DNA of 32,000 nt, taken from assembly GCF_001306055.1 (NCBI RefSeq), contig NZ_LGHJ01000017.1:90001-122000 (forward strand), given 5' to 3'. Origin of the DNA: Bellilinea caldifistulae. Lineage in GTDB: Bacteria > Chloroflexota > Anaerolineae > Anaerolineales > Anaerolineaceae. Under the pieces are notes generated by a model that worked only from the letters and a program-made list of their open reading frames with translations, ran no database searches and was not told the origin of the DNA. Position numbers and translations under genes: made by a program. This document shows positions 17,668-25,311 of this stretch, one piece after another; positions within the stretch are counted from its first letter, which is position 1; every line of letters starts with the position of its first letter.

Positions 17668-17673
17668 GCCAGC

Positions 17674-18603
17674 ATGAACGCCGATCCCAAAACGATTGCT
17701 TCATTGGTCGAAATCATCACCCGAGAAGTTCTGACCAGCCTGATGCAGCGCCAGGCCTCCGCCGAACAAAATGAAAACGGTTGCAAATTTTCCTGCGCGG
17801 AGGGAATCTGTGTGCAAACCTGTTTCGATAAAGTTGGACAGGTCATTCACGCCGGGGCAGAGCGTGTCTCGAACGGGCTGGGTGGGGTGCCACAGGATCT
17901 GAAAATCGCCGGCATGATTGACCACACCCTGCTCAAGCCGGATGCCACTCAGGAGCAAATTGCTCAACTTTGCTTTGAGGCCAAACGATATGGTTTTGCT
18001 TCCGTATGCGTCAATCCTACCTGGATCGAATTATGCAGCAAACTGGTACAGGGTTCGGCGGTGAAAGTTTGCACGGTGATTGGGTTTCCACTGGGCGCCA
18101 ACACCCCCGAAGTCAAAGCATACGAAACCGCCCAGGCCATTCAACTCGGCGCTCAGGAAGTGGATATGGTCATCAACATCGGCGCGCTAAAATCCCGCGA
18201 TTTGCAACTGGTTGCTCGCGACATTCGCGGAGTAGTTAAAACCGCCCACGAAAATGGGGTGCTGGTCAAGGTCATTATTGAAACTGCTTTGCTGACCGAT
18301 GAAGAAAAAGTGATCGCGTGTTTGATTTCTAAAGAAGTCGGTGCGGATTTTGTCAAAACCTCCACCGGCTTTTCTGGAGGGGGCGCCACCGTTGACGATG
18401 TTGCCCTCATGCGACGAGTGGTTGGCTCACAGCTCGGCGTCAAAGCGTCCGGAGGGATACGCACCCACGAAGATGCCGAACAAATGATCAAGGCAGGCGC
18501 CAACCGCATTGGAGCCAGCGCCAGTGTCAAAATCATCTCTGGGGCGCAACCCACCGACTCACCAGCCAAGATACCTGAACCAGCTCTGCAAAAAAGTTAT
18601 TGA
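17674..18603 (+). CDS. deoC: Deoxyribose-phosphate aldolase (DeoC) with an N-terminal extension of about 80 aa (encapsulation-peptide-like helix plus 4-Cys motif)
   Basis: The core is [11 protein letters not shown]...ASVCVNP...[10 protein letters not shown]...VDMVINIG...DFVKTSTGF (Schiff-base Lys context)...[18 protein letters not shown] upstream of the ATG. Confidence 0.92.
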   Translation: MNADPKTIASLVEIITREVLTSLMQRQASAEQNENGCKFSCAEGICVQTCFDKVGQVIHAGAERVSNGLGGVPQDLKIAGMIDHTLLKPDATQEQIAQLCFEAKRYGFASVCVNPTWIELCSKLVQGSAVKVCTVIGFPLGANTPEVKAYETAQAIQLGAQEVDMVINIGALKSRDLQLVARDIRGVVKTAHENGVLVKVIIETALLTDEEKVIACLISKEVGADFVKTSTGFSGGGATVDDVALMRRVVGSQLGVKASGGIRTHEDAEQMIKAGANRIGASASVKIISGAQPTDSPAKIPEPALQKSY

Positions 18604-18616
18604 GGGAGAAGATGCC

Positions 18617-18910
18617 ATGCTGATCGCCAAAGTAATCGGCACGACTGTGGCAACCATCAAGGATGAAAAACTTGCCGGGCGCAAATTGCTGGTTGTTCGT
18701 CCCACTGATGAGTTTGGAAACCCCAGTGGTAAACCATTTGTAGCCATTGACACGGTAGATGCCGGCATTGGGGATCTGGTCCTGACCTGTGCCGGTTCCT
18801 CAGCCCGCCAGACCACTTTCACCAAAGATACCCCGGTTGACGCAGTCATCATGGCAATTATTGATAGTCTGGAAGTCGAGGGGCAAATAACTTTTCAAAA
18901 ATCCCCCTGA
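18617..18910 (+). CDS. BMC vertex protein (BMC-P; EutN/CcmL family), paralog 1
   Basis: MLIAKVIGTTVATIKDEKLAGRKLLVV...AIDTVDAGIGDLVL...SSAR...PVDAVIMAIIDSLEV is the classic EutN/CcmL pattern. GAGGGAGA SD. The ORF-track start 18509 lies inside deoC. Confidence 0.9.
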   Translation: MLIAKVIGTTVATIKDEKLAGRKLLVVRPTDEFGNPSGKPFVAIDTVDAGIGDLVLTCAGSSARQTTFTKDTPVDAVIMAIIDSLEVEGQITFQKSP

Positions 18911-18926
18911 TTCGCCCTAAACCATC

Positions 18927-19247
18927 ATGTTACTTGGCATTGTCAAAGGTAATGCGGTTTGCACCATAAAATACCCCGGCACCCAGGGGTTAAAATTACT
19001 GGTTGTTCAACCGGTCAATAAACACCTCCAGCCGCTGGGAGGGTTGCAAGTCGCAGCCGATACCGTTCACGCCGGTGAGGGTGACTTATGTGTGATGGTG
19101 CGTGCCCGCGAAGCCGCCTTAGCTTTGCCAGATGAGAAATTTGTCCCGGTTGATCTGGCGCTGGTTGGAATTGTGGATGAACTGGAAGTCAAAAGTGACG
19201 CATCCTTTAATCTCACCCTCCAGCGAGGTTGGAATCCCTACTCGTAA
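18927..19247 (+). CDS. BMC vertex protein (BMC-P; EutN/CcmL family), paralog 2
   Basis: MLLGIVKGNAVCTIKYPGTQGLKLLVVQP...AADTVHAGEGDLCV...VDLALVGIVDELEV. More divergent than the other two, and I saw no clear SD. Confidence 0.82.
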   Translation: MLLGIVKGNAVCTIKYPGTQGLKLLVVQPVNKHLQPLGGLQVAADTVHAGEGDLCVMVRAREAALALPDEKFVPVDLALVGIVDELEVKSDASFNLTLQRGWNPYS

Positions 19248-19256
19248 GGTCAGAAC

Positions 19257-19529
19257 ATGATTCTTGCCAAGGTTGTCGGCACGGTTGTTACCACCATCAG
19301 TCACCCCGATTACAAAAATCGGCGGCTGCTGGTTGTACAGCCGCTTGGCCTGGAAGACGAAGCCCCCGATACTGACTTCATCGCCCTCGACAACACGCAC
19401 GCCGGCATTGGGGATACCGTCCTGGTCAACCGGGAAGGGAACGGCGCCCGTCAGGTACTGCAAAACCCCAATGCCTGCGTCATCTCGGTGATTGTGGGAA
19501 TTGTTGATTCGGTCTATCTGGAAGAATAA
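19257..19529 (+). CDS. BMC vertex protein (BMC-P; EutN/CcmL family), paralog 3
   Basis: MILAKVVGTVVTTISHPDYKNRRLLVVQP...ALDNTHAGIGDTVLV...NGAR...VISVIVGIVDSV. Confidence 0.88.
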   Translation: MILAKVVGTVVTTISHPDYKNRRLLVVQPLGLEDEAPDTDFIALDNTHAGIGDTVLVNREGNGARQVLQNPNACVISVIVGIVDSVYLEE

Positions 19530-19535
19530 ACCTCG

Positions 19536-20018
19536 CTACCTTACCACCTCGCCTTTTACAACAATCATCGTTCCGGTAATCCGTTGAGATACCAGAACCC
19601 GATGCTCTTCTTCTATCAAGAAAATCCCAATGCCGGCTAATGTTCGGCAGATTTCCCCCTCCAAATGGAGAGAATCTTCATAAACCGACAACAGGCGATC
19701 GGCATCATCATCGGCCGCCAGGCGGTTGATTGAAACTGCTCCACATTCGGTGCAGGAATGAATCAACATCAATTCACCTTGCAGTAAATCACCATACTTT
19801 TTCCGCTGCCTTTTGATGGTCAGTCCAATCGGCTTCATAGCGCCTTTACAAGCGCTCAGCCGGTCACCCGCGCTGAATAAATCCACGTGACGCGACCAGA
19901 GGCAATAAGGGCAATGATTACGATTGGACACACCGCTCAGGATTGGATGAACCGAAACCCAATTTCCACAGTGCTTGCAGGTGAAATCCTGTTGGCTGGG
20001 GTAAAAGCGCTTTTTCAT
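19536..20018 (-). CDS. RNHCP domain-containing zinc-ribbon protein
   Basis: FTCKHCGNWV...SNRNHCPYCLWSRHVD...GDRLSAC...HSCTECG matches the RNHCP domain signature, with a C-terminal tail of about 60 aa. ATGA overlap with the rsgA stop codon. Confidence 0.8.
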   Translation of the reverse strand: MKKRFYPSQQDFTCKHCGNWVSVHPILSGVSNRNHCPYCLWSRHVDLFSAGDRLSACKGAMKPIGLTIKRQRKKYGDLLQGELMLIHSCTECGAVSINRLAADDDADRLLSVYEDSLHLEGEICRTLAGIGIFLIEEEHRVLVSQRITGTMIVVKGEVVR

Positions 20019-20995
20019 GCCGCACCTCGCAACCTCAGGTAACTACGATAACGCCGCGGGGAGATCCTTCCATCCATCACAGCCTTGCGCACAGCACAAC
20101 CGGGTTCTTCATCATGGACACAGCTCAACCCGAATTTGCATTTTCCGAGGAAATCCCGCATCTCCGGGAATCTGGCAGCCAGTTCATCCGCCGCAATATC
20201 CCACAGACCGAACTCCCGCATGCCGGGAGTGTCAATGACGGCACCCCCACCCTTAAGAGGTAACATTTCCAGATGAGTGGTGGTATGCCGTCCCTTCCCG
20301 GTGATCGGATTGACATCCCCTACCCTTAACCCCCCTCCGGCTGGTAATGCATTCAGCAACGATGATTTTCCAACACCTGATTTCCCGATGACCAGCGAAA
20401 GTCGTCCGGAAAGGATAGAACGCAACTCATCCAAACCTTCACCCGTCCGCACGCTTGTTAAAATCACAGGATAGCCAATGCGGCGAAAATCATCGAGGAT
20501 CGGCGTGGTTTCCTGCACCGATTGAGGATTCTGGTGTTCGATTAAGTCCACCTTGGTCATACAGATCACTGCCGATACACCGGCATCTTCGCATGCCACT
20601 AGATAGCGATCCAGTAAATTCCAGTGGGGATCGGGCTGAGCCACAGAGAAAACAGCCAGTACTTGATCTATATTTGCTGCTATGATTTGTTCATGAGGGT
20701 ATTTATCCGGCATAGAAAGCGCCGCCCGTCTGCCAAAACCGCTCCGGCGCGGCAGTAATGCCGTAATGACACCCTCATTACTGCCGATCAAGCGTACGCG
20801 GACTTCATCTCCAACTGTTATCCCCGTAAGCGAAGCATCTTTTCCCTGCTTCGCTGATTGCTTTGGTTTGTTTCTCTTCAAACCTCCAGCCAGCCGGCAC
20901 TGAATGATTCTGTAATCAATGCTCACCTCAAAAGCGCTATTCAATTTTTTGGTGATTACACCCAAAAGTTCGTTCTCGTAATGTTGATGAAACAT
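20015..20995 (-). CDS. rsgA: Ribosome small-subunit-dependent GTPase A (RsgA/YjeQ)
   Basis: An OB fold is followed by a circularly permuted GTPase (MTKVDL...GKSGVGKSSLLNAL...DTPGMREF) and a C-terminal zinc knuckle (CKFGLSCVHDEEPGCAV). ATG 20995 has AAGGA 9 nt upstream. The longer ORF to 21085 would have to encode a terminator hairpin. Confidence 0.9.
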   Translation of the reverse strand: MFHQHYENELLGVITKKLNSAFEVSIDYRIIQCRLAGGLKRNKPKQSAKQGKDASLTGITVGDEVRVRLIGSNEGVITALLPRRSGFGRRAALSMPDKYPHEQIIAANIDQVLAVFSVAQPDPHWNLLDRYLVACEDAGVSAVICMTKVDLIEHQNPQSVQETTPILDDFRRIGYPVILTSVRTGEGLDELRSILSGRLSLVIGKSGVGKSSLLNALPAGGGLRVGDVNPITGKGRHTTTHLEMLPLKGGGAVIDTPGMREFGLWDIAADELAARFPEMRDFLGKCKFGLSCVHDEEPGCAVRKAVMDGRISPRRYRSYLRLRGAA

Positions 20996-21013
20996 GGTTG
21001 AAATTCCTTTAGT

Positions 21014-21051
21014 AAAAAAACACCAGCCTCGGATCCTCCCGTGGCTGGTGT
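21014..21051 (-). terminator. Intrinsic terminator 18 nt upstream of the rsgA start codon
   Basis: On the minus strand: ACACCAGCC-(14-nt loop with extra inner pairs)-GGCTGGTGT followed by T7. The 9-bp outer stem was checked base by base. Confidence 0.6.
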
Positions 21052-21144
21052 CAATTATTTCGATTTGCTGACTTATATCAGACAAAATACGCTGGTACCT
21101 GTTGCAACCTTGCCATCCGGCAAAGCACCTTCAAGCACCCCCGG

Positions 21145-21180
21145 AAATAAAAAAGCCACGGGGATGAGCACGCCCGTGGC
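21145..21180 (-). terminator. Intrinsic terminator about 155 nt downstream of the Fe ABC ATPase gene
   Basis: On the minus strand: GCCACGGG-loop-CCCGTGGC followed by TTTTTTATTT. Confidence 0.6.
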
Positions 21181-21334
21181 CGCAGATACTCTCGTTATTC
21201 AGATAACCAGAATCAGCAGACTCTCCCGAAAGGCAGGCGCGCCCATACGGCTCGATTACAAGCAAGTACCGATCCTGCATTAAACATAAAACGCCTTTCC
21301 TTTCGTAAGAATGAATTTAGATAAACGGTTTATA

Positions 21335-22426
21335 TCAGTCTTTAGTAACTCCGTCAAGGTGACGTTCATCCCCTTTTATCGCAGCCCCATTGTGAAAACA
21401 GGCCAATTCATGACCGGCATCCGCAAAAACCCGAACCGGCTGGCCTTCGGCGAATAAGCGGTAATGCGGCTGAAATGCCTCCAGCACCAGCCCGGAATGC
21501 AGGCGGACTTTATAGACATTCATCACTCCCTTAAAAACCCGCGAAAGGATTACCCCGTTTGCGGGACCTTTCAGGTCAAATCCAACGTCGTCGGCTCGCA
21601 CCGCCAGTTCTACCTCGCTGCCCGCTGGTAATGAAACCTGTTGGGGAATGAGGCCGATTTCCGTTTCGATCCCCTGTTCTACCACCCGGCCGGGCAAGAA
21701 ATTGGCACTCCCCATAAACTCTGCTACAAAGGGATTGATCGGCTGGGAAAAAATGACTTCTGGTTGGTCTAGTTGCTGGACTACCCCCTCATTCATGATC
21801 GCCAGCCGGTCGCCCATGTACAACGCCTCTTCCTGATCATGGGTCACAAACAACGCTGTCAGGCCCATCCCTTTGAGGAGCGTTCGGACTTCCTCACGCA
21901 GTTTTAACCTCAAGTCCAGATCAAGGCTGGAAAACGGTTCATCCAGCAGCAAAACCTGCGGCCGGGGCGCCAGCGCCCGCGCCAAAGCCACCCGCTGACG
22001 TTCGCCACCGGAAAGCTCATGCGGCATTCTTTTCCCAAGGTGGTTCAAACCTACCAGTTCCAGCATCTGGTTCACCTGCCGATTGACTTGTGGATGAGGT
22101 TGTTTGCGTAACCCAAAGGCAACATTTTCATACACCGTCAGGTGCGGAAAGAGGGCATAATCTTGAAAGACCACCCCAATCCGGCGTTTTTCGGGCGGAA
22201 CGAAAATGTCTGGACTACTGAGCAGCCGGCCCTGCATCCAGATTTCACCCCGCTCCGGCCTTTCAAATCCGGCAATCAGTCGTAAGGTGGTTGTTTTTCC
22301 ACACCCGCTGGGGCCGACCACGGCGAGGATTTCCCCTTCATACACATGCAAACTGACATCTTCAACCGCCGGTTGAGTGTGATAGGCTTTTTTCAAATGG
22401 TCGCATTTAATAAGAGGTTCTTTCAT
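21335..22426 (-). CDS. ABC transporter ATP-binding protein (FbpC/PotA-like, with C-terminal TOBE-like domain)
   Basis: Walker A GPSGCGKTT, signature LSGGERQR, Walker B LLLDEPFSSLD and H-loop VTHD. ATGA overlap with the permease stop codon. Confidence 0.92.
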   Translation of the reverse strand: MKEPLIKCDHLKKAYHTQPAVEDVSLHVYEGEILAVVGPSGCGKTTTLRLIAGFERPERGEIWMQGRLLSSPDIFVPPEKRRIGVVFQDYALFPHLTVYENVAFGLRKQPHPQVNRQVNQMLELVGLNHLGKRMPHELSGGERQRVALARALAPRPQVLLLDEPFSSLDLDLRLKLREEVRTLLKGMGLTALFVTHDQEEALYMGDRLAIMNEGVVQQLDQPEVIFSQPINPFVAEFMGSANFLPGRVVEQGIETEIGLIPQQVSLPAGSEVELAVRADDVGFDLKGPANGVILSRVFKGVMNVYKVRLHSGLVLEAFQPHYRLFAEGQPVRVFADAGHELACFHNGAAIKGDERHLDGVTKD

Positions 22427-24048
22427 TGTCGTTGAGATGATCCTGAAAGGGTAGCGTGATGGTTAATCAAAAACATCGAAATGGATGAAGCGAGAATCAG
22501 GATAAGTGCCGGTGCAGCAGCCCGGGCAAAATACGCTTCCGAAACGGCTCCCCATACCTGCGTAGCCAGCGTGGAAAAACCAGTCGGCGCCAGTAATAAG
22601 GTTGCAGGCAATTCCTTCATCGTGGTCAGAAAAACCACGGCAGCAGCCGAAGCCACACCCGGCGTGATGAGCGGTAAGGTGACCCTTTGAAACACCCGTA
22701 ATGGATTTTCGCCAAGGCTGGCGGCGGCCTCTTCCAAACTCCTTTGCACCATCCGCAAGGATGACTGAATGCTTCCCATGGCTTGCGGCAGGAACAAAAT
22801 CACATAGGCAAATAGAAGCATGAAGAGGGTTTGGTACAACCCCGGCACAAAATTTGCCCCAAAGAAGACCAGTGCCAGCGCCACCACGATGCCGGGGACT
22901 GCATAGCCAATGTAACTCCATCTTTCCAAAATCTGACTGAGCCAGTTTGAACGGCGAACAGATAGAACGGAGACAGGGAAAGCGAATACCACGGTAACCA
23001 TTGCCGCCAGCCCAGCCGAGCTGACCGATCCCAGTAAAGGCCCAAGCCAGTTTGCAATACGCTCACCAGCCAGCAAGCCGCGTATCAACCAGTAAAAAAG
23101 CACACCGGTGGGGAAAATGAGTCCAAACAGCAAGATCAGAAAGACCACACCCAAAGCCGCAACCTGCCAGCCTCCCAATCGGATCACCTCCGCCGGATGG
23201 ACGGCGGTATGAGGGTTTTCGGCAGCCGAACGACGAATACGCTGCTCTGCAATTAGAAAGCCAACGGTAACCAAAATCAACACCAATGACAAAAGCGCTG
23301 CGGCTGAGCGGTCAATTGATGATTGGTACTGGAGATAAATGGCGCGGGTAAAAGTCGTAAACCGCAGAATGGAAACCGCTCCAAAATCCCGCAACACATA
23401 AAGACCCACCAGCAGACTGCTGGCCGCCAGCGCCGGCCGCAACTGAGGCAGGGTGACTCTCCAAAAAGTCTCCAGCGGAGAACAGCCCAAACTCCGCGCC
23501 GCTTCTTCCTGCGAACGGTCACCGCGGCTGAAAACCGCCCGAGCTGCCAGAAAGATATACGGGTATGTCATCAGAGTCAGCACCAGCCATGCCCCCCAAA
23601 AACCGTAAACCGAAGGCAGTCGCTCAATACCCAACCAGCCTTCCAGCAGGTTTTGAAGCAAGCCCCGCGGCGCAAAGAAGGAAACGAACAGATAGGCTCC
23701 CACATAGCTGGGAATGACCAACGGCAAGGGCAGCAAAGCCGACCAGATGCTGCGCCCAGGCAGATCAGTGCGGCTTACCAGCCAGGCCAGCAAAACCCCC
23801 AAAATCAGGGCAGCCAGCATCACCGCCAGCGCCAGCCCCACGCTTTGACCCATGATCTGCAGCGTTTGAGCCCTCAGCAGCCAGTTCCAGGCCGACCGAC
23901 CAGCGGCGCTGGCACGCACAACCAGATAAAGTAGCGGTAAACTCATGGCAAGCGCCACCAGCGCGGCGGGCAGGTACAACCATGCGCCTCGCGCTGGTGA
24001 CGAAGAGATCGTCCCAAACCACTGTGGAAAAACCCGGCTTTTCAACAT
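22423..24048 (-). CDS. Iron(III) ABC transporter permease (duplicated two-domain FbpB-like)
   Basis: 541 aa with about 12 TM segments and two EAA-like loops (EEAARSLGCSPLETFWRVTLP and EEAAASLGENPLRVFQRVTLP). Confidence 0.9.
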   Translation of the reverse strand: MLKSRVFPQWFGTISSSPARGAWLYLPAALVALAMSLPLLYLVVRASAAGRSAWNWLLRAQTLQIMGQSVGLALAVMLAALILGVLLAWLVSRTDLPGRSIWSALLPLPLVIPSYVGAYLFVSFFAPRGLLQNLLEGWLGIERLPSVYGFWGAWLVLTLMTYPYIFLAARAVFSRGDRSQEEAARSLGCSPLETFWRVTLPQLRPALAASSLLVGLYVLRDFGAVSILRFTTFTRAIYLQYQSSIDRSAAALLSLVLILVTVGFLIAEQRIRRSAAENPHTAVHPAEVIRLGGWQVAALGVVFLILLFGLIFPTGVLFYWLIRGLLAGERIANWLGPLLGSVSSAGLAAMVTVVFAFPVSVLSVRRSNWLSQILERWSYIGYAVPGIVVALALVFFGANFVPGLYQTLFMLLFAYVILFLPQAMGSIQSSLRMVQRSLEEAAASLGENPLRVFQRVTLPLITPGVASAAAVVFLTTMKELPATLLLAPTGFSTLATQVWGAVSEAYFARAAAPALILILASSISMFLINHHATLSGSSQRQ

Positions 24049-24051
24049 TCT

Positions 24052-25077
24052 TTAGGGAAGAACACCAGTCTCCCTGAGTAAATTTAACGTACCTTCAAGA
24101 TCGGCCAGCTGATCTACCGTGATACCTGCCGAATTCAAGCTCTCCAGAGGGGGCAAGTCCGCCTCAGTCTGGACACCCGCTACCAGCGGATATTCATAGG
24201 TTTGACCGGCAAAATACTGCTGAGCCACCGGGGAGAGCAGGAAATTGATGAACTTAAGGGCATTTTCCTCATTTTTACTGGTGGCAAGTCTCCCAATTCC
24301 CGAAACCATCACCAGCGAGTCCGGTCCGCCGTTGTTCATGAAGTGGTTGCGGGCTGGGAACGAATTGCCTTGCTCTCTCAAAAAGCGGTAAAGATAATAA
24401 TGATTGACAAACCCCACTTCAATCTCTCCGCTACCGACTGCTGCTACAACCGCTGTATTCCCATCATATACAACCGGCTGGTTTGCCAGAATACCCACCA
24501 GCCATTGGCGGGTCTTCTCTTCGCCCCACATCTGACGCATGGCCGTCACCATCGCCTGAAATGAAGCATTGGTAGGAGCCCAGCCGATCTTGCCTTTCCA
24601 ACGCGGCTCGGTAAAACCGAACAAATCGGCCGGTAAATCCTCCGCCTTCAGGAGCTGGGTGTTGTACACCACCACCCGTGCGCGGCCGGAAATACCGACC
24701 CACAAACCCTGAGCGGAACGGAAACGGCTTTCTACTTTGTCGAGCGTTTCATTGGGCAATTCAGCCAGCAAGCCCGCATTGGCAACTGCACCCAATCCAC
24801 CCGGATCCTGGGCATAAAACACATCTGCCGGCGAATTTTTTCCCTCTTCCAGCAGGGTAGCCGCCAGCTCGGAGGTATTCCCATACCGCACCTCCACCTT
24901 GATTCCGCTGGCCTGAGAAAACTGTTCGATGATCGGCGCAACCAGACTTTCGCTGCGCCCGGAATAAATCACCAGCCGGCCGGCATCCTGAGCTTGGGAA
25001 GAAGCCGAAAACGATGCACAACCTGCCAGAATTGCTGCCAAAAGCAGCAGAGTCAACCAATATCTGGTCTTAATCAT
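24052..25077 (-). CDS. Fe(3+) ABC transporter substrate-binding lipoprotein (FbpA/AfuA/FutA-like)
   Basis: Lipobox LAGC. LVIYSGRSE...VEVRYGNT...ADVFYAQDPG...GISGRARVVVYN is typical of ferric-binding SBPs. AAGGAG lies 7 nt upstream. Confidence 0.85.
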   Translation of the reverse strand: MIKTRYWLTLLLLAAILAGCASFSASSQAQDAGRLVIYSGRSESLVAPIIEQFSQASGIKVEVRYGNTSELAATLLEEGKNSPADVFYAQDPGGLGAVANAGLLAELPNETLDKVESRFRSAQGLWVGISGRARVVVYNTQLLKAEDLPADLFGFTEPRWKGKIGWAPTNASFQAMVTAMRQMWGEEKTRQWLVGILANQPVVYDGNTAVVAAVGSGEIEVGFVNHYYLYRFLREQGNSFPARNHFMNNGGPDSLVMVSGIGRLATSKNEENALKFINFLLSPVAQQYFAGQTYEYPLVAGVQTEADLPPLESLNSAGITVDQLADLEGTLNLLRETGVLP

Positions 25078-25121
25078 TCAATCACTCCTTGAATGGGTAA
25101 GGTTAGGGTTGGGACGGGCTA

Positions 25122-25150
25122 TATATACCCAATAAGGTGATTTTTGTCAA
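25122..25150 (-). promoter_or_regulatory. Candidate sigma70-type promoter of the Fe ABC operon
   Basis: On the minus strand: TTGACA (25150-25145), a 17-nt spacer, then TATATA (25127-25122). This is about 45 nt upstream of the SBP start codon. Confidence 0.45.
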
Positions 25151-25311
25151 TATTTTAGAAAAAATTCATATAAATTACCGGGGTAGCCCTGAAATCAACC
25201 TGTGCAAATATGCAGCAGGGAACCTGCGGCTATCCCGCAGCGTCTTGAAATATAAGAATGAAAATGACCATGAGGACGATCTGACAGACCAACCAGTGGA
25301 GGAATTGAGCC

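Noticed and set aside
20996-21085. A longer rsgA start at 21085 (356 aa)
   Set aside because: The extra 30 codons would encode the terminator hairpin and T-tract, and they add sequence unlike the RsgA N-terminal OB fold. ATG 20995 has a properly spaced SD.
21041-21283. An 80-aa plus-strand ORF in the rsgA / Fe-ABC intergenic region
   Set aside because: It spans two minus-strand terminator hairpins, has no SD, and its composition (PVATLPSGKAPSSTPGNKKATG...) looks like translated non-coding DNA.
25098-25116. A DtxR/IdeR operator upstream of the Fe ABC operon
   Set aside because: Only one 9-nt half-site matches (8/9) and the partner half is essentially unmatched. I kept it as a low-interest note and did not call it as a feature.
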